Numbered from the stretch's first letter, positions 1-9,786 are shown. The stretch: DNA of 64,000 nt from Candidatus Omnitrophota bacterium (GCA_903860135.1 CAIOPG010000007.1:2100-66099); one strand, 5' to 3'. Notes: generated from the letters alone by a model not told the origin. Program-made: numbers and translations.

Positions 1-24
1 GAAAAGTCAGTCTACGCGCTAAAT

Positions 25-978
25 TTGTTGAGTGAGGTGTTACGAGCTTATCCGGGGTTGGTTTTTAAAGGCGGGACATCGCTGTTGCTTTACATTTATC
101 CCCCAGTGAGGCTGTCCATCGATATTGATATTCTTTTGCCTGTGGCAGCAAAAGAAGGGCTTTTTGATCGTCTGGCCCGTGTGGCTCAGGATTCACAGTG
201 GTTTGGCGATATGGAAGAGTCTGTTCGCAAGGGGAAGGATATTCCCAAGGCTCATTTTAAGTTTCCGTTTAAATCGCATTTCTCCAAGATCCAGCAGTAT
301 GTATTGTTGGACGTGGTTTTTACAGAAGCACCTTATGGCAGATTGGAGCGGAAAAATCTCGCCGACACTCCTATGGCATTTGCGGAGTCAGGCGGGATTG
401 TCACTGTTCCGACGGTGAACGGGCTTTTCGGTGATAAATTGACGGCAATGTCTCCGAAAACGTTGGGGATTCCGCTGGTTCAGGATCGCGCCATGGAGGT
501 AATGAAACAGATCATTGATCTTGGCTCGCTTTTTATGGTTGTGGACGATGTTGAGGAATTAAACAGATCTTTTCTGAAGACTGTCGCGGTCGAGAATGGT
601 TTCCGGAACAGCGCATATACTAACGAGGATATTTTCAGCGACATTTGGGAGCTGGCATTTCGGTATTCACAATCGCGTCTTCGGGGAGGTAACAATACAT
701 TTGTGGAGATCGAGCTTCTGATCGACGGGAATGCCAAGGTTGCTAATCATCTGCGGGCAAGGTTTAACCCTGATGAGACCAAGATCGCTTTTGCGCGTAT
801 TGTTTATATGATCAGCGTTCTTCGCCGGGGTGATAAGGCCGGACTTGTTAAACAGGTAGATATGCGCGCGGTTGAGGGCTATGTTATTCCTGAAAAGTAT
901 AAGGTTCTTGAGAAGCTCAAGGTTACTGTTCCCGAGGCGTATTTTTATTGGGCTATGGCGGTCGGTCTGCCTGGGTAG
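25..978 (+). CDS. AbiEii/AbiGii-family nucleotidyltransferase toxin-like protein (DUF1814-like); possibly 5'-partial, since the reading frame is open back to window position 1
   Basis: N-terminal motif LVFKGGTSLLLYIY...RLSIDIDIL matches the GGT...S.D.D signature of abortive-infection AbiEii nucleotidyltransferases; no in-frame stop upstream inside the window. Confidence 0.55.
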   Translation: MLSEVLRAYPGLVFKGGTSLLLYIYPPVRLSIDIDILLPVAAKEGLFDRLARVAQDSQWFGDMEESVRKGKDIPKAHFKFPFKSHFSKIQQYVLLDVVFTEAPYGRLERKNLADTPMAFAESGGIVTVPTVNGLFGDKLTAMSPKTLGIPLVQDRAMEVMKQIIDLGSLFMVVDDVEELNRSFLKTVAVENGFRNSAYTNEDIFSDIWELAFRYSQSRLRGGNNTFVEIELLIDGNAKVANHLRARFNPDETKIAFARIVYMISVLRRGDKAGLVKQVDMRAVEGYVIPEKYKVLEKLKVTVPEAYFYWAMAVGLPG

Positions 979-1100
979 TCCGCAAGTGCTTGTGGGCGAT
1001 GTTTCTGTATCTTGTTGATGCTCTTGATTTTGTTCAACAGACTTTTGCCACTTTCCAGGCATGTTTTAGTGCGAACGGTTACGTCGACGAAAGACGGCTA

Positions 1101-1127
1101 TTGCACAATCCGGGTTTATGATACAAT
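1101..1127 (+). promoter_or_regulatory. Candidate sigma70-type promoter upstream of the membrane-protein gene: TTGCAC at 1101-1106, extended -10 TGaTACAAT at 1119-1127
   Basis: Hexamers read directly from the sequence; the spacer is short (15 nt) but an extended -10 TG is present; lies 50 bp upstream of ATG 1177. Confidence 0.25.
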
Positions 1128-1176
1128 TTGTAACTCATGGGCAAGTGTTTGAGGAAGTTTTCAAAGGACAATTTCT

Positions 1177-2709
1177 ATGAAGAAAATCGTATTTACTATC
1201 TTTCTGGCCGCCTTTTTCTTGTTAAGGCCTTTTTCTTTACAGGATACGGGCGGTTGGTATCCCAATGATGATTATGATTATTTTGCCCAAGCTTCTTTTT
1301 TGAGTTTTGGCCAATTCCCGTCGTATAAGAACGAGTTTTTTACGAATTTGAAAGAAGGCCCTATGGGCGCAATAGGCTCAGGCATGCTGGCGGCCCCTTT
1401 TGTTTTTATGTTTTCTTTGCTGGATCGTGTCGAACATTCGAGTATCGTTGAACAACGTACGGTTGATAATGTTCCTAAAAGCTGGTCTCAGTTCGGATTT
1501 ATATTTGCGAGTATTTTTTATTTCTCGGTTGCTTGTTTGTTATTGTTTCGCGGGGCGGCCTTACTTGTCGGTCCTGTCTTTGCTTCCTGGGCGGTCATCC
1601 TGATGGTTATTTGTCAGGGAATGCCACTCTTTGCCTTCCGACGGCCCATTTTCAGCCAAATCCCTGAATTCTTTTTGCAAAGTGTATTTGTGTATTTGTT
1701 TATAAGAAATGAAGTGTCATGCGGTGCGTTTATAAGAAAGTGGTGGACCTATGTGTTGCTGGGGATTGGCGCGGCGCTGATCTTTTTGACCAGGAATAAC
1801 AACATCATGTTTGCATTGATCTGGCCGCTATTGTTTATTGGTCGCTATGTTGAAGATAGAGGGCTTCATCGTTTCTTGCGCCGGCTATGTTGTGTCTTTA
1901 TTCCTTTCATTCTTATGGTCATGATTTTTAAGATTTTACCTGAAGCCTATAATCACTATACGCCGTATTCAAATGCTTTTGGTAATATGTTAGTGGGTGC
2001 GCCGTGGCAGGATATTCTTCAACGTCTTGTTCATATATTTATCGGTATTGACTGGGGGCTCATCTTCACGGCCCCGTTTTTTATTTTTGGATTATTGGGC
2101 TTATTTTTTATAAAGATGCCGTTCAAAAGAAGGCTGTTGTTTGCTTCAACACCTTTATTAGTTAACTTCTTTGTTATAGTGTTCTTTGGTTCGCAGGGTG
2201 GCTGGTATGGTTACAGGTATTTCATTGCATCTGCTTTCCCTCTTTTTGTAATACCACTGGCATTTTTGCTTCAATGGCTGGACGAGAGGGTGGGTATATG
2301 GTGGAAATGGGGTTCACTATTGATATTATTAATGCCGCTGATGTCTATGTGGTGTTTTGAGCATCCGGGGCTTTACCTTGGCGTCATACAGCAGTCATTT
2401 GGAAGATCTGATTATGGCCACGCTACTTATCAAGGTGTCGTGTGGCAGACTGTTACAACCCCCTCGAAGTTCTTTTGGGTGATCTATCAGGGAGGAATAA
2501 GTTATTTGCATTATCTTTATTATATTATCAATCATCATTTCGGTTTTCCGGCAAAGACCTGGATTTACAACTTTCTCCCTATAGACAAGAAAATCAATCT
2601 AGTCCTTCTTCCTTTTGAAATAAAGATATTGGTGCGAACTACGATTATTTATTTGATGCCCTTTGGTATTGGTTGGATTTTTCGAAAGTGGACCAGCGCG
2701 TTAAAGTAA
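1177..2709 (+). CDS. Polytopic integral membrane protein, possibly a GT-C-fold glycosyltransferase (ArnT/PMT-like)
   Basis: More than 10 predicted hydrophobic helices; acidic first loop NDDYDYF after TM1 resembles the DxD loop of GT-C enzymes; no soluble domains. Confidence 0.4.
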   Translation: MKKIVFTIFLAAFFLLRPFSLQDTGGWYPNDDYDYFAQASFLSFGQFPSYKNEFFTNLKEGPMGAIGSGMLAAPFVFMFSLLDRVEHSSIVEQRTVDNVPKSWSQFGFIFASIFYFSVACLLLFRGAALLVGPVFASWAVILMVICQGMPLFAFRRPIFSQIPEFFLQSVFVYLFIRNEVSCGAFIRKWWTYVLLGIGAALIFLTRNNNIMFALIWPLLFIGRYVEDRGLHRFLRRLCCVFIPFILMVMIFKILPEAYNHYTPYSNAFGNMLVGAPWQDILQRLVHIFIGIDWGLIFTAPFFIFGLLGLFFIKMPFKRRLLFASTPLLVNFFVIVFFGSQGGWYGYRYFIASAFPLFVIPLAFLLQWLDERVGIWWKWGSLLILLMPLMSMWCFEHPGLYLGVIQQSFGRSDYGHATYQGVVWQTVTTPSKFFWVIYQGGISYLHYLYYIINHHFGFPAKTWIYNFLPIDKKINLVLLPFEIKILVRTTIIYLMPFGIGWIFRKWTSALK

Positions 2710-2743
2710 TGCCTGCGGGCTTTTTATGATATAATCCAAAAAT

Positions 2744-3613
2744 ATGCGTAAAATCACCGATATTTTCCAAGAGAAAGCCCGGACATTTTCTGTTGAAATA
2801 TTCCCTCCTAAGACGGATAAGGGGATGGACGCCCTGCGTGTGACGCTGGCGGATCTGGCGGCACTGCGACCAGACTTTGTTTCGGTAACCTATGGGGCGG
2901 GCGGGTCTAGCCGGGATACGACGTTTGATATTGTGCGGCTGGTCGAGGAACAATATCACCTTCCGGCGGTGCATCATTTTACTTGTGTGGCGCATACGCG
3001 CGCTGAGATCCGGGCCATTCTCGACAAGTTGCGTGCGCAGGATATCCGCAATATCCTGGCCCTGCGCGGCGATGCCCCCAAAGATCAGCCGAACTGGACC
3101 CCGGGACCCGAGCATTTCAAGTATGCCTCTGACCTGGTGCAATTCATCCGGGATAATTACGGTGATCATTTTGCCATTGGCGTGGCCGGTTTCCCTGAGG
3201 GGCATCCGCTGGCATCGGATCTTGCTTCGGATGCCCGGATACTCGCCAGGAAGATCGCTGTCGGCGGGGAGTTTGTCATGACCCAGCTTTTCTTTGATAA
3301 TCAGCTTTATTTTGATTATGTCCGACGCCTGCGCGCGCTCGGTGTTACGGCGCGTGTCATCCCCGGCATCTTGCCTATCACCAATTATGAAGCGGCCGTC
3401 AATTTTTGCCGGGGTTGCGGTGCGGCTATCCCTGCCAGCGTCCATGAGATATTTGCGGCGGTGGCGCACGATAAGGACAAGACCCTTGAGGCGGGAACCC
3501 GGTTCGCCATCAGGCAATGCCGTGAACTTTTGGCCGGTGGGGCACCGGGGATCCATCTTTATGCGTTGAACAAGACCGAACCGGTACGGACGATCCTTCA
3601 GGCATTGATCTAA
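2744..3613 (+). CDS. metF: 5,10-methylenetetrahydrofolate reductase
   Basis: FSVEIFPPKT and SVTYGAGGS motifs, length 289 aa, typical MetF TIM-barrel pattern. Confidence 0.88.
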   Translation: MRKITDIFQEKARTFSVEIFPPKTDKGMDALRVTLADLAALRPDFVSVTYGAGGSSRDTTFDIVRLVEEQYHLPAVHHFTCVAHTRAEIRAILDKLRAQDIRNILALRGDAPKDQPNWTPGPEHFKYASDLVQFIRDNYGDHFAIGVAGFPEGHPLASDLASDARILARKIAVGGEFVMTQLFFDNQLYFDYVRRLRALGVTARVIPGILPITNYEAAVNFCRGCGAAIPASVHEIFAAVAHDKDKTLEAGTRFAIRQCRELLAGGAPGIHLYALNKTEPVRTILQALI

Positions 3614-3626
3614 GCGGAGGCGCCTT

Positions 3627-4061
3627 ATGTGTTGGAACAAGATCAAGCAATGGTTTATAAGAAAGCCACGTCAGATATTAGCCATCGATGATAATCCGAT
3701 CGACCAGAGGGTCTTGATCGAGGCGATTCGGCAGACGGGTTGTTTGCCATTGGTCGCGACGACCGGAGCCGAAGGCCTTGCGATGGCGCGTGCGCATCGA
3801 CCGGACGTGATTATCCTTGACGTTTACCTTCCCCGAAAAGAAGGGTTTGATATTGGTCGCCAGATCCGGGGGGATGCCTTGCTCAAGGATGTGTCGCTCA
3901 TGTATTTCACCGTGGCTTCATCTCCGGAATCTATTATAGAAGGGCTAAAACACGGGGATCTTTATGTGTCCAAGCCTTTTCAGTTGGATGATCTGGTCAA
4001 GGCCATCCGTGCTATGCTGGCTCGCCGGCAGGAGCGGGTTGGGATGATGCCCACCCATTAA
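3627..4061 (+). CDS. Single-domain response regulator (CheY-like receiver)
   Basis: ILAIDDNP...IILDVYLP (phospho-acceptor Asp)...VSKPF (conserved Lys); 144 aa with no output domain. Confidence 0.85.
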   Translation: MCWNKIKQWFIRKPRQILAIDDNPIDQRVLIEAIRQTGCLPLVATTGAEGLAMARAHRPDVIILDVYLPRKEGFDIGRQIRGDALLKDVSLMYFTVASSPESIIEGLKHGDLYVSKPFQLDDLVKAIRAMLARRQERVGMMPTH

Positions 4062-4141
4062 TTTTTTCTATCTGGACTTTATAATGAGCTTTTGTTATTA
4101 TATTAAAATATTTTCTGAAGAAAAACCACATGGGAGGAAGT

Positions 4142-4741
4142 ATGCTTAAGAAAATTTTTGGGTTAATGTTCATTCTTTTTATGGCTTTCCAGCTTTCTGC
4201 TTTTGCCGCGATCAATATTGGGCAGAGAACGGGAACGTTGAAGATCACCATGCCCGATAGCACGGTGCTCATCATTGCGCCCGGCGATCCGCTTCCGGTC
4301 ATTCCTGATGGCGCCACGCTGGAAGTTGTTTCTGGTATTGCCGAAATTTCTACGACCGGAGCGTCCACGGTTCAGGTCGTTGCTGGTGGACAGACCATTA
4401 ATGTCACGCCGGCTTCAACGATCAGCATCAGCTTTGAGGCCACAGGAGCGGTGATCGTTGGTGTGACCGAGGGTTCAGCTAATATCGTAACCGCCAGCGG
4501 CGGGACGGCGCATATTGACGCCGGCGATCAGGTCCGTGTTGGTGCTGGCGTTACGGCAGGTTCAGGGTTTGATGTGATCCGGGGGCAGGTAACAGTAACA
4601 CAACCTGACGGGACAACGACCACACAGGAGCCCACAACGGTTGAAGGGTATACGCCGCCGGAACTCCCTAATACTGATGATGTTGACACGACTGTTCAGA
4701 CTGAAGAAACCGCGGCCGATATCAGCCCTGTGGTTCGATAG
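4142..4741 (+). CDS. Secreted Thr/Gly-rich protein with a FecR-like beta-sandwich region
   Basis: Signal peptide MLKKIFGLMFILFMAFQLSAFA; repeated V.V..G...V....T motifs like the FecR domain; start chosen at the second ATG (4142) after GGAGG. Confidence 0.4.
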   Translation: MLKKIFGLMFILFMAFQLSAFAAINIGQRTGTLKITMPDSTVLIIAPGDPLPVIPDGATLEVVSGIAEISTTGASTVQVVAGGQTINVTPASTISISFEATGAVIVGVTEGSANIVTASGGTAHIDAGDQVRVGAGVTAGSGFDVIRGQVTVTQPDGTTTTQEPTTVEGYTPPELPNTDDVDTTVQTEETAADISPVVR

Positions 4742-4785
4742 TCTTGATGTTGTTTAAAAAGTTCATTTTACAAAAAAGAGAGGGA

Positions 4786-6003
4786 ATGATGCAATTATTT
4801 AAATTTGGATTCGCCGCGTTGATTCTGAGCGTTATTTTTAGTCAGCCTGTATTCGCTCAATCTTTTAGGGAAGAGGGCGTGCGCATTGGACGTCATGAAT
4901 TCAAGGACATCAAGGGCTATCGTATCGGGCAGGCCAGCTTAAAGGCAGGCATTTCAACCGAAGGCCGTTATGACAGCAATGTTTATCTGACCTCCAATAA
5001 CAAGAAATCGGATTATATCAGCATCACCAGCCCCAAGTTCCTGTTGGACCTTCCCCTGGGGATCGACGAGCGGCACCTTGTTCAGCTGATGTACACCGCA
5101 GATGCCGGTGCTTTTTCCGATCAGAAGGACCAGAACTACCTTAACCAGAATGCGGCCACCAATATCAATCTGCGCCTGCCTTTCGGTTATTTGAATGTTA
5201 ACAATGATTTTAAAGATACGGTTGACCGTGCCGCGACCGAATTTACGAGCCAGGTTCACCGCAAGGAGAACAAGGCCCAGGCCACCCTCGGTATCGAGGT
5301 CAACAAGCTTTCCTATGAATTAGGGTATTCCAACTTCATAAAAAGGTATTACGACAAGACATACCAGAACATTGAATACAACGAGGATGTTGTTTCCGGG
5401 ATCGCGTACTATCAATTGTTGCCCAAGACAAAAGCCTTGTTGTCCTATGACCGCGGCTTTGTGAATTATACCAAGGACAGCACGCGCGATTCTGTTTATG
5501 ACGAATTCATGGCTGGTTTGAAAGGCGAGTTGACCAGCAAGGTCGTCGGCATTGTAAAAGCAGGGTATCAGACGAGGAATTATGATGCGGCCGGACAGCG
5601 CGGTTATAATGGTTTTGTTTCCGAGGCAGGTTTGATCGGCTCTCTTTCCGAGCGCACCGAATTGACGCTCAAGTATGTGACCACGATCATGGAATCTTCC
5701 TTCGGTAATAACAATTACTATAATGCCAATATCTTGAGTGCTGAACTTGACCAGAAGTTGATGGGCAATTTTAATATTCTGTTAAAGTCGGGTTTCTCGC
5801 GCAACCTTTATCCCGAGAGCGATACGATTTACAACACTAAACGTGCCGACAGCCTGATCTCGGAGGGCGCCGCCCTTCAGTATAAGTTTAAGGATTATGG
5901 CAAGGTCAGCCTGGGGTATGATTATAAGGAGCTGATGTCCAACATTGATGCCAAGGCGTATAACGATAATATTGTTTCCATGCGGTTCGATCTTCTGATG
6001 TAG
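4786..6003 (+). CDS. Outer-membrane beta-barrel protein (putative polysaccharide-export beta-barrel partner, BBP2-like)
   Basis: Signal peptide MMQLFKFGFAALILSVIFSQPVFAQ; alternating Y/aromatic beta-strand pattern throughout; C-terminal MRFDLLM; located directly upstream of the Wza-like gene. Confidence 0.5.
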   Translation: MMQLFKFGFAALILSVIFSQPVFAQSFREEGVRIGRHEFKDIKGYRIGQASLKAGISTEGRYDSNVYLTSNNKKSDYISITSPKFLLDLPLGIDERHLVQLMYTADAGAFSDQKDQNYLNQNAATNINLRLPFGYLNVNNDFKDTVDRAATEFTSQVHRKENKAQATLGIEVNKLSYELGYSNFIKRYYDKTYQNIEYNEDVVSGIAYYQLLPKTKALLSYDRGFVNYTKDSTRDSVYDEFMAGLKGELTSKVVGIVKAGYQTRNYDAAGQRGYNGFVSEAGLIGSLSERTELTLKYVTTIMESSFGNNNYYNANILSAELDQKLMGNFNILLKSGFSRNLYPESDTIYNTKRADSLISEGAALQYKFKDYGKVSLGYDYKELMSNIDAKAYNDNIVSMRFDLLM

Positions 6004-6023
6004 AAAGAGATGGTTCTGGGGAT

Positions 6024-6626
6024 ATGACAATGCGGCGGCTCTTTACAGGGTATGTTTTAATCACGGTCTTTTTAACCGGAGTGGCATTGGCTCAGGCTCC
6101 GGTAAAGCCGACGGCCATTCCGTCAGAATATCAGGTCGGGCCGGAGAATGCCCTTCAGATCGATGTTTATTACGGCAAGAGCGAAAAGATATCCCAGAAA
6201 GTGCGTGTTTCTTCACGCGGGGTCATTAATTTCCCTCTCATCGGGGAAGTCGAGATCATCGGTCTGACGGTTGCCGCCGTGCAGGATAAACTTAAGCAAC
6301 TCCTGGAAAAAGATTATCTGGTTAATCCGCAGGTCACGGTATTCATTGAGGAATACAGCACGGTATCGATCATGGGCGAGGTCAACAAGCCCGGCGCGTA
6401 TCCCATCAAGGGACGACTGACCGTTGTCGAGCTTATTTCGCTGGCCGAAGGGTTTTCCAAGGTAGCCGCCCCCAACAAAGTTAAAGTGATCCATACCAAT
6501 CCCGACGGCACCAAGGACGAAACGCCTGTCCGTGTTTATGACCTGATGAACAAGGATGCCTCTGGCCAAGATAAAGTTGTTCTGCGTTCGGGGGATGTGG
6601 TCATTGTTCCTGAAAGCCTTTTTTAA
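6024..6626 (+). CDS. Polysaccharide export protein, short Wza/OPX family (Poly_export + SLBB domains only)
   Basis: Signal peptide; PES motif region YQVGPENALQIDVY; SLBB-like region ISLAEGF...VKVIH; only 200 aa, so it lacks the C-terminal amphipathic helix of E. coli Wza. Confidence 0.85.
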   Translation: MTMRRLFTGYVLITVFLTGVALAQAPVKPTAIPSEYQVGPENALQIDVYYGKSEKISQKVRVSSRGVINFPLIGEVEIIGLTVAAVQDKLKQLLEKDYLVNPQVTVFIEEYSTVSIMGEVNKPGAYPIKGRLTVVELISLAEGFSKVAAPNKVKVIHTNPDGTKDETPVRVYDLMNKDASGQDKVVLRSGDVVIVPESLF

Positions 6627-6637
6627 GGGGTTCCTGC

Positions 6638-8347
6638 ATGCCTGAATTACAGTCCAACGAGTCGTCAGATGTCATTGAAATAGATCTGCGGGATGTGTTG
6701 CACAAGATCATCAAGCATCGGCAGACGATCATGACAACGGTCGGGATCTGCATGGTCCTTGCACTTGTTTTTTCGTTTACGGCTACACCCATTTTCAGCG
6801 CTTCCAGCCGCATTCTCGTTGAACCCAAACCGCCCAAGATCGTCAAGATCGAGGGCGCGATCCTCCCGGACTATACGGACCGTACTAATTTCTTTAATTC
6901 GCAAATCGAGATTTTGAAGAGTCATACGGTCGCTGAACTTGTGTTCAAGGATCTTGGTCATTATGAAATGTGGGAGCGCCGCGGTCAGCCTGCAGAAAGA
7001 CTTAAGCCTGTTACCGAAAACCAACGCATTGATTTTCTTTTAAAGCATGTGAAGATATCGCCGGTGCGCATGACCCAGGTCATTGAAGTGTCGGCGGAAG
7101 ATCCGGATCCTGTCATGGCGGCGCGCATTGCCAATGGCTGGGCGCGCGCGTATGTGCTTTTTTCATCGCAAGATCAGCTTCTTCAGCGCCGCAGTGAGCT
7201 TGAATCCGACATGGTCCAACAGCTCAAATTCCTCAAGGATAAACATCCGGTCATCATCGGCCTCAGGAACGAGATTGATGCTATCAACGAAAAGATCAAT
7301 AATGAACGTAAGCGGCTGAGCAAGGACGAAGGGGCTTCCGCGCTGACGAGCGATATCACCAATGTGAAGATCCTTGATCGTGCTGAAATTCCTGATCACC
7401 CATCGCGCCCGCGTAAGGCACTTAATGTGGTGCTGGCGCTCGTGCTCGGTCTTTTCGCGGGGGTGGGGCTGGTGTTCCTGTTTGAATCGCTTGACCAAAC
7501 GATCAAGACGCCCGATGATATGCAGGCACTGCTCAAGTTGCTGTGCCTTGTGCCGATCCCGCGTTATGAATCCGACGCAACGCACCCGGACGCGTCTCCG
7601 GAATTTGTGGCGGACAAAGCGCGCCATTCGACCATGGCCGAGGCGTTTCGCAGTCTGCGCACGGGCATTATTTTCAGCAATCCCGATCTTCCCAAGAAAA
7701 CATTCCTTATTACGAGCTCTTCGCCGTCTGAAGGGAAGACAACGGTGGCGGTCAATATGGCGACTGTTTTTGCCCAGGCCGAGGAGCGTGTGATCCTTAT
7801 TGATACAGACCTGCGCAATCCGCGCCTGCACAGCGTTTTCAAGATCGACCGTGCCAATGGGATCACGGACATCCTTGCGTTTGACAAGGCGGACATCGCC
7901 GCGTTCATTCATAAAACAAATATCAAGGGGCTTGATTTTCTGGCATGCGGCGAAGTCCCGCCCAATCCGTCGGAACTTTTAGGGTCAAAGAAGATGAAAG
8001 ACCTTATTGGGAAGCTTTCTACAATGTATGACCGCATTATTTTCGATACACCGCCAGTGCTGGCGGCAACGGATGCGGTTGTCTTGTCCACCCAGGTTGA
8101 TGCCACGATCATTGTCGTCAAGGCCGGGAGCACCCATCGTCAAGCCGCCATACGGAGCGTTGAGGCCTTAAGATCCGTGCACGCCAACGTGCTCGGGGCG
8201 GTGTTCAATATGATCACCAACGGTGCCCAGAATCCGTATTATTACTACTATTATCACTACGGCCATAACGCGGATAAGAAGGTCGCCGGACGATCCAAGG
8301 CCAACGATTTTCTCGCCAGGATCGATCCGCGCAACAAGAAAACCTGA
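6638..8347 (+). CDS. Polysaccharide co-polymerase / tyrosine autokinase (Wzc/EpsB-like) with N-terminal Wzz domain and C-terminal BY-kinase
   Basis: N-terminal TM plus coiled-coil Wzz region; Walker A SSPSEGKTT; Walker A'/B ILIDTDLRNP and IIFDTPP; C-terminal tyrosine cluster NPYYYYYYHYGH encoded by a tat/tac run at about 8237-8262. Confidence 0.9.
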   Translation: MPELQSNESSDVIEIDLRDVLHKIIKHRQTIMTTVGICMVLALVFSFTATPIFSASSRILVEPKPPKIVKIEGAILPDYTDRTNFFNSQIEILKSHTVAELVFKDLGHYEMWERRGQPAERLKPVTENQRIDFLLKHVKISPVRMTQVIEVSAEDPDPVMAARIANGWARAYVLFSSQDQLLQRRSELESDMVQQLKFLKDKHPVIIGLRNEIDAINEKINNERKRLSKDEGASALTSDITNVKILDRAEIPDHPSRPRKALNVVLALVLGLFAGVGLVFLFESLDQTIKTPDDMQALLKLLCLVPIPRYESDATHPDASPEFVADKARHSTMAEAFRSLRTGIIFSNPDLPKKTFLITSSSPSEGKTTVAVNMATVFAQAEERVILIDTDLRNPRLHSVFKIDRANGITDILAFDKADIAAFIHKTNIKGLDFLACGEVPPNPSELLGSKKMKDLIGKLSTMYDRIIFDTPPVLAATDAVVLSTQVDATIIVVKAGSTHRQAAIRSVEALRSVHANVLGAVFNMITNGAQNPYYYYYYHYGHNADKKVAGRSKANDFLARIDPRNKKT

Positions 8348-9786
8348 TGCTGCCCGTTGTTGACGGGGTTCTTTTCCTGAGCCTTGTGTTGGCTCCCCTG
8401 CTTTACGGTTCGGTGCATTTCCTGGCACTGCTTTTGCTGGCGTTGTTTTCCCTCATTGCATTTAATTTGATATATTTGGCACGGCCATGGTCGCTGGGCA
8501 GGGTCTTTGGCTCGCCATGGGTATGGCTGGGATTATTCCTGACGGGGTTCGCCGGTCTTCAGCTTCTTCCCTTGTCGCCGGACATTATCAAGAAATTCTC
8601 TCCCGCGCTCTATGTTTTTTACGCCCGGTATTGCCCTGATGTTTTGCTTGGTCCTGTGGCATCTTCAGTTTATGCCTCAGACACCGTGCGCGGCATCATC
8701 CAGTTTTTGATGTACGGCCTTTTTTTTATGAGTATCCTAATGCGCCTTCAACCTGATCCTGCGCACGAAGAAAATGTGCATTCAGTCAGCTGGCAGAAGT
8801 CGGAATACTTAAAGCTGGGTTGTTTGACCGGCGTCCTGTCGCTCTTATTCCACAGCATTTACGATTTTAATCTGCACATACCTGCTAACGGCCTTTACTT
8901 TACGGTCCTGCTGGCGCTCGGCGTCGGAGCGGCAGGGCAGGCGTATGACCATGCCTTCTTCAGGCGCATGGTGGAATTTATTATCATCTTCGGTTTTATG
9001 GTCGCGCTTTTTGCCATCGTCCAGAAGTTCAGTTATAACGGCCGTATTTACTGGATCGGCATGAAGAATGGCGGGCATCCCGTTGGCCCTTATTGCAATT
9101 ATGATCATTATGCCGGGTTCATGGAACTTTGCTCTGCCGTTGCGGTGGGTATGGCTGTGGCCGGTGTTTTTCACACATCTTTTTTTCGCCGCAAGGGCTT
9201 TATTGAGAAGGTTGTTTGGTTGGCAACAGCTGAAGCCAACAGGACGCTCCGTTATTTATTCATGGCCGTGGTGATGGCGGCTACCATATTCATGTCAACT
9301 TCGCGCGGGGGGATTATGAGTTTTGTGCTCGGTCAGATCATCTTTTTTGCCACTGTGACGTGGGCTGCAGGCCGGGCGCGCAAAGGCCACCGGCTCGTCG
9401 GGATACTGACTACCGTTGCATTGCTTATCGGCGTCATGGTGATCTGGCTTGGCCCTGAGGCATTTCTTAAACGCTTTCGCCTGACTTCCATAGAGAAGAT
9501 CGTCAAGATGGAAGGATCGGATGCTGACCGTATACGTTTTTATGTCGGCGCAACCCATGTGATCAAGGATTTTCCGGTCACTGGAACGGGGCTTAGCACT
9601 TTTGGTACGAATTTTACCCGTTACCGCTGGTTTGATTTTCGTGGGCGCATGGATTATCTGCGCTACACCCACAATGATTATCTTCAGCTTGTTTCCGAGA
9701 CGGGGGCGGGCGGGATGATCTTTCTTTTTGGGTTCATGATCTTTTATACAGGTGCGTATATCCGTGTGGCGAGGAAGCTCGCATGA
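8347..9786 (+). CDS. O-antigen ligase / Wzy-family polytopic membrane protein
   Basis: About 12 TM helices; large periplasmic loop containing the TSRGGIMSF motif typical of the Wzy_C/O-antigen ligase domain; start overlaps the Wzc stop (TGATG). Confidence 0.6.
   Translation: MLPVVDGVLFLSLVLAPLLYGSVHFLALLLLALFSLIAFNLIYLARPWSLGRVFGSPWVWLGLFLTGFAGLQLLPLSPDIIKKFSPALYVFYARYCPDVLLGPVASSVYASDTVRGIIQFLMYGLFFMSILMRLQPDPAHEENVHSVSWQKSEYLKLGCLTGVLSLLFHSIYDFNLHIPANGLYFTVLLALGVGAAGQAYDHAFFRRMVEFIIIFGFMVALFAIVQKFSYNGRIYWIGMKNGGHPVGPYCNYDHYAGFMELCSAVAVGMAVAGVFHTSFFRRKGFIEKVVWLATAEANRTLRYLFMAVVMAATIFMSTSRGGIMSFVLGQIIFFATVTWAAGRARKGHRLVGILTTVALLIGVMVIWLGPEAFLKRFRLTSIEKIVKMEGSDADRIRFYVGATHVIKDFPVTGTGLSTFGTNFTRYRWFDFRGRMDYLRYTHNDYLQLVSETGAGGMIFLFGFMIFYTGAYIRVARKLA

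Noticed and set aside
2645-3646. 333-aa minus-strand ORF covering the metF region
   Set aside because: Antisense to a high-confidence MetF gene. Its protein is low-complexity and Arg/Pro-rich, typical of spurious ORFs on the opposite strand of GC-rich coding DNA.
7163-7912. 249-aa and 114-aa minus-strand ORFs and several + strand alternative-frame ORFs inside the wzc gene
   Set aside because: They lie wholly within the Wzc coding region, whose Walker motifs and Tyr cluster are unambiguous, and their proteins are Arg-rich and low-complexity.
8237-8262. tat/tac codon run resembling a short simple-sequence repeat
   Set aside because: It encodes the functional C-terminal tyrosine cluster of the BY-kinase. 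It is not a CRISPR or microsatellite element.
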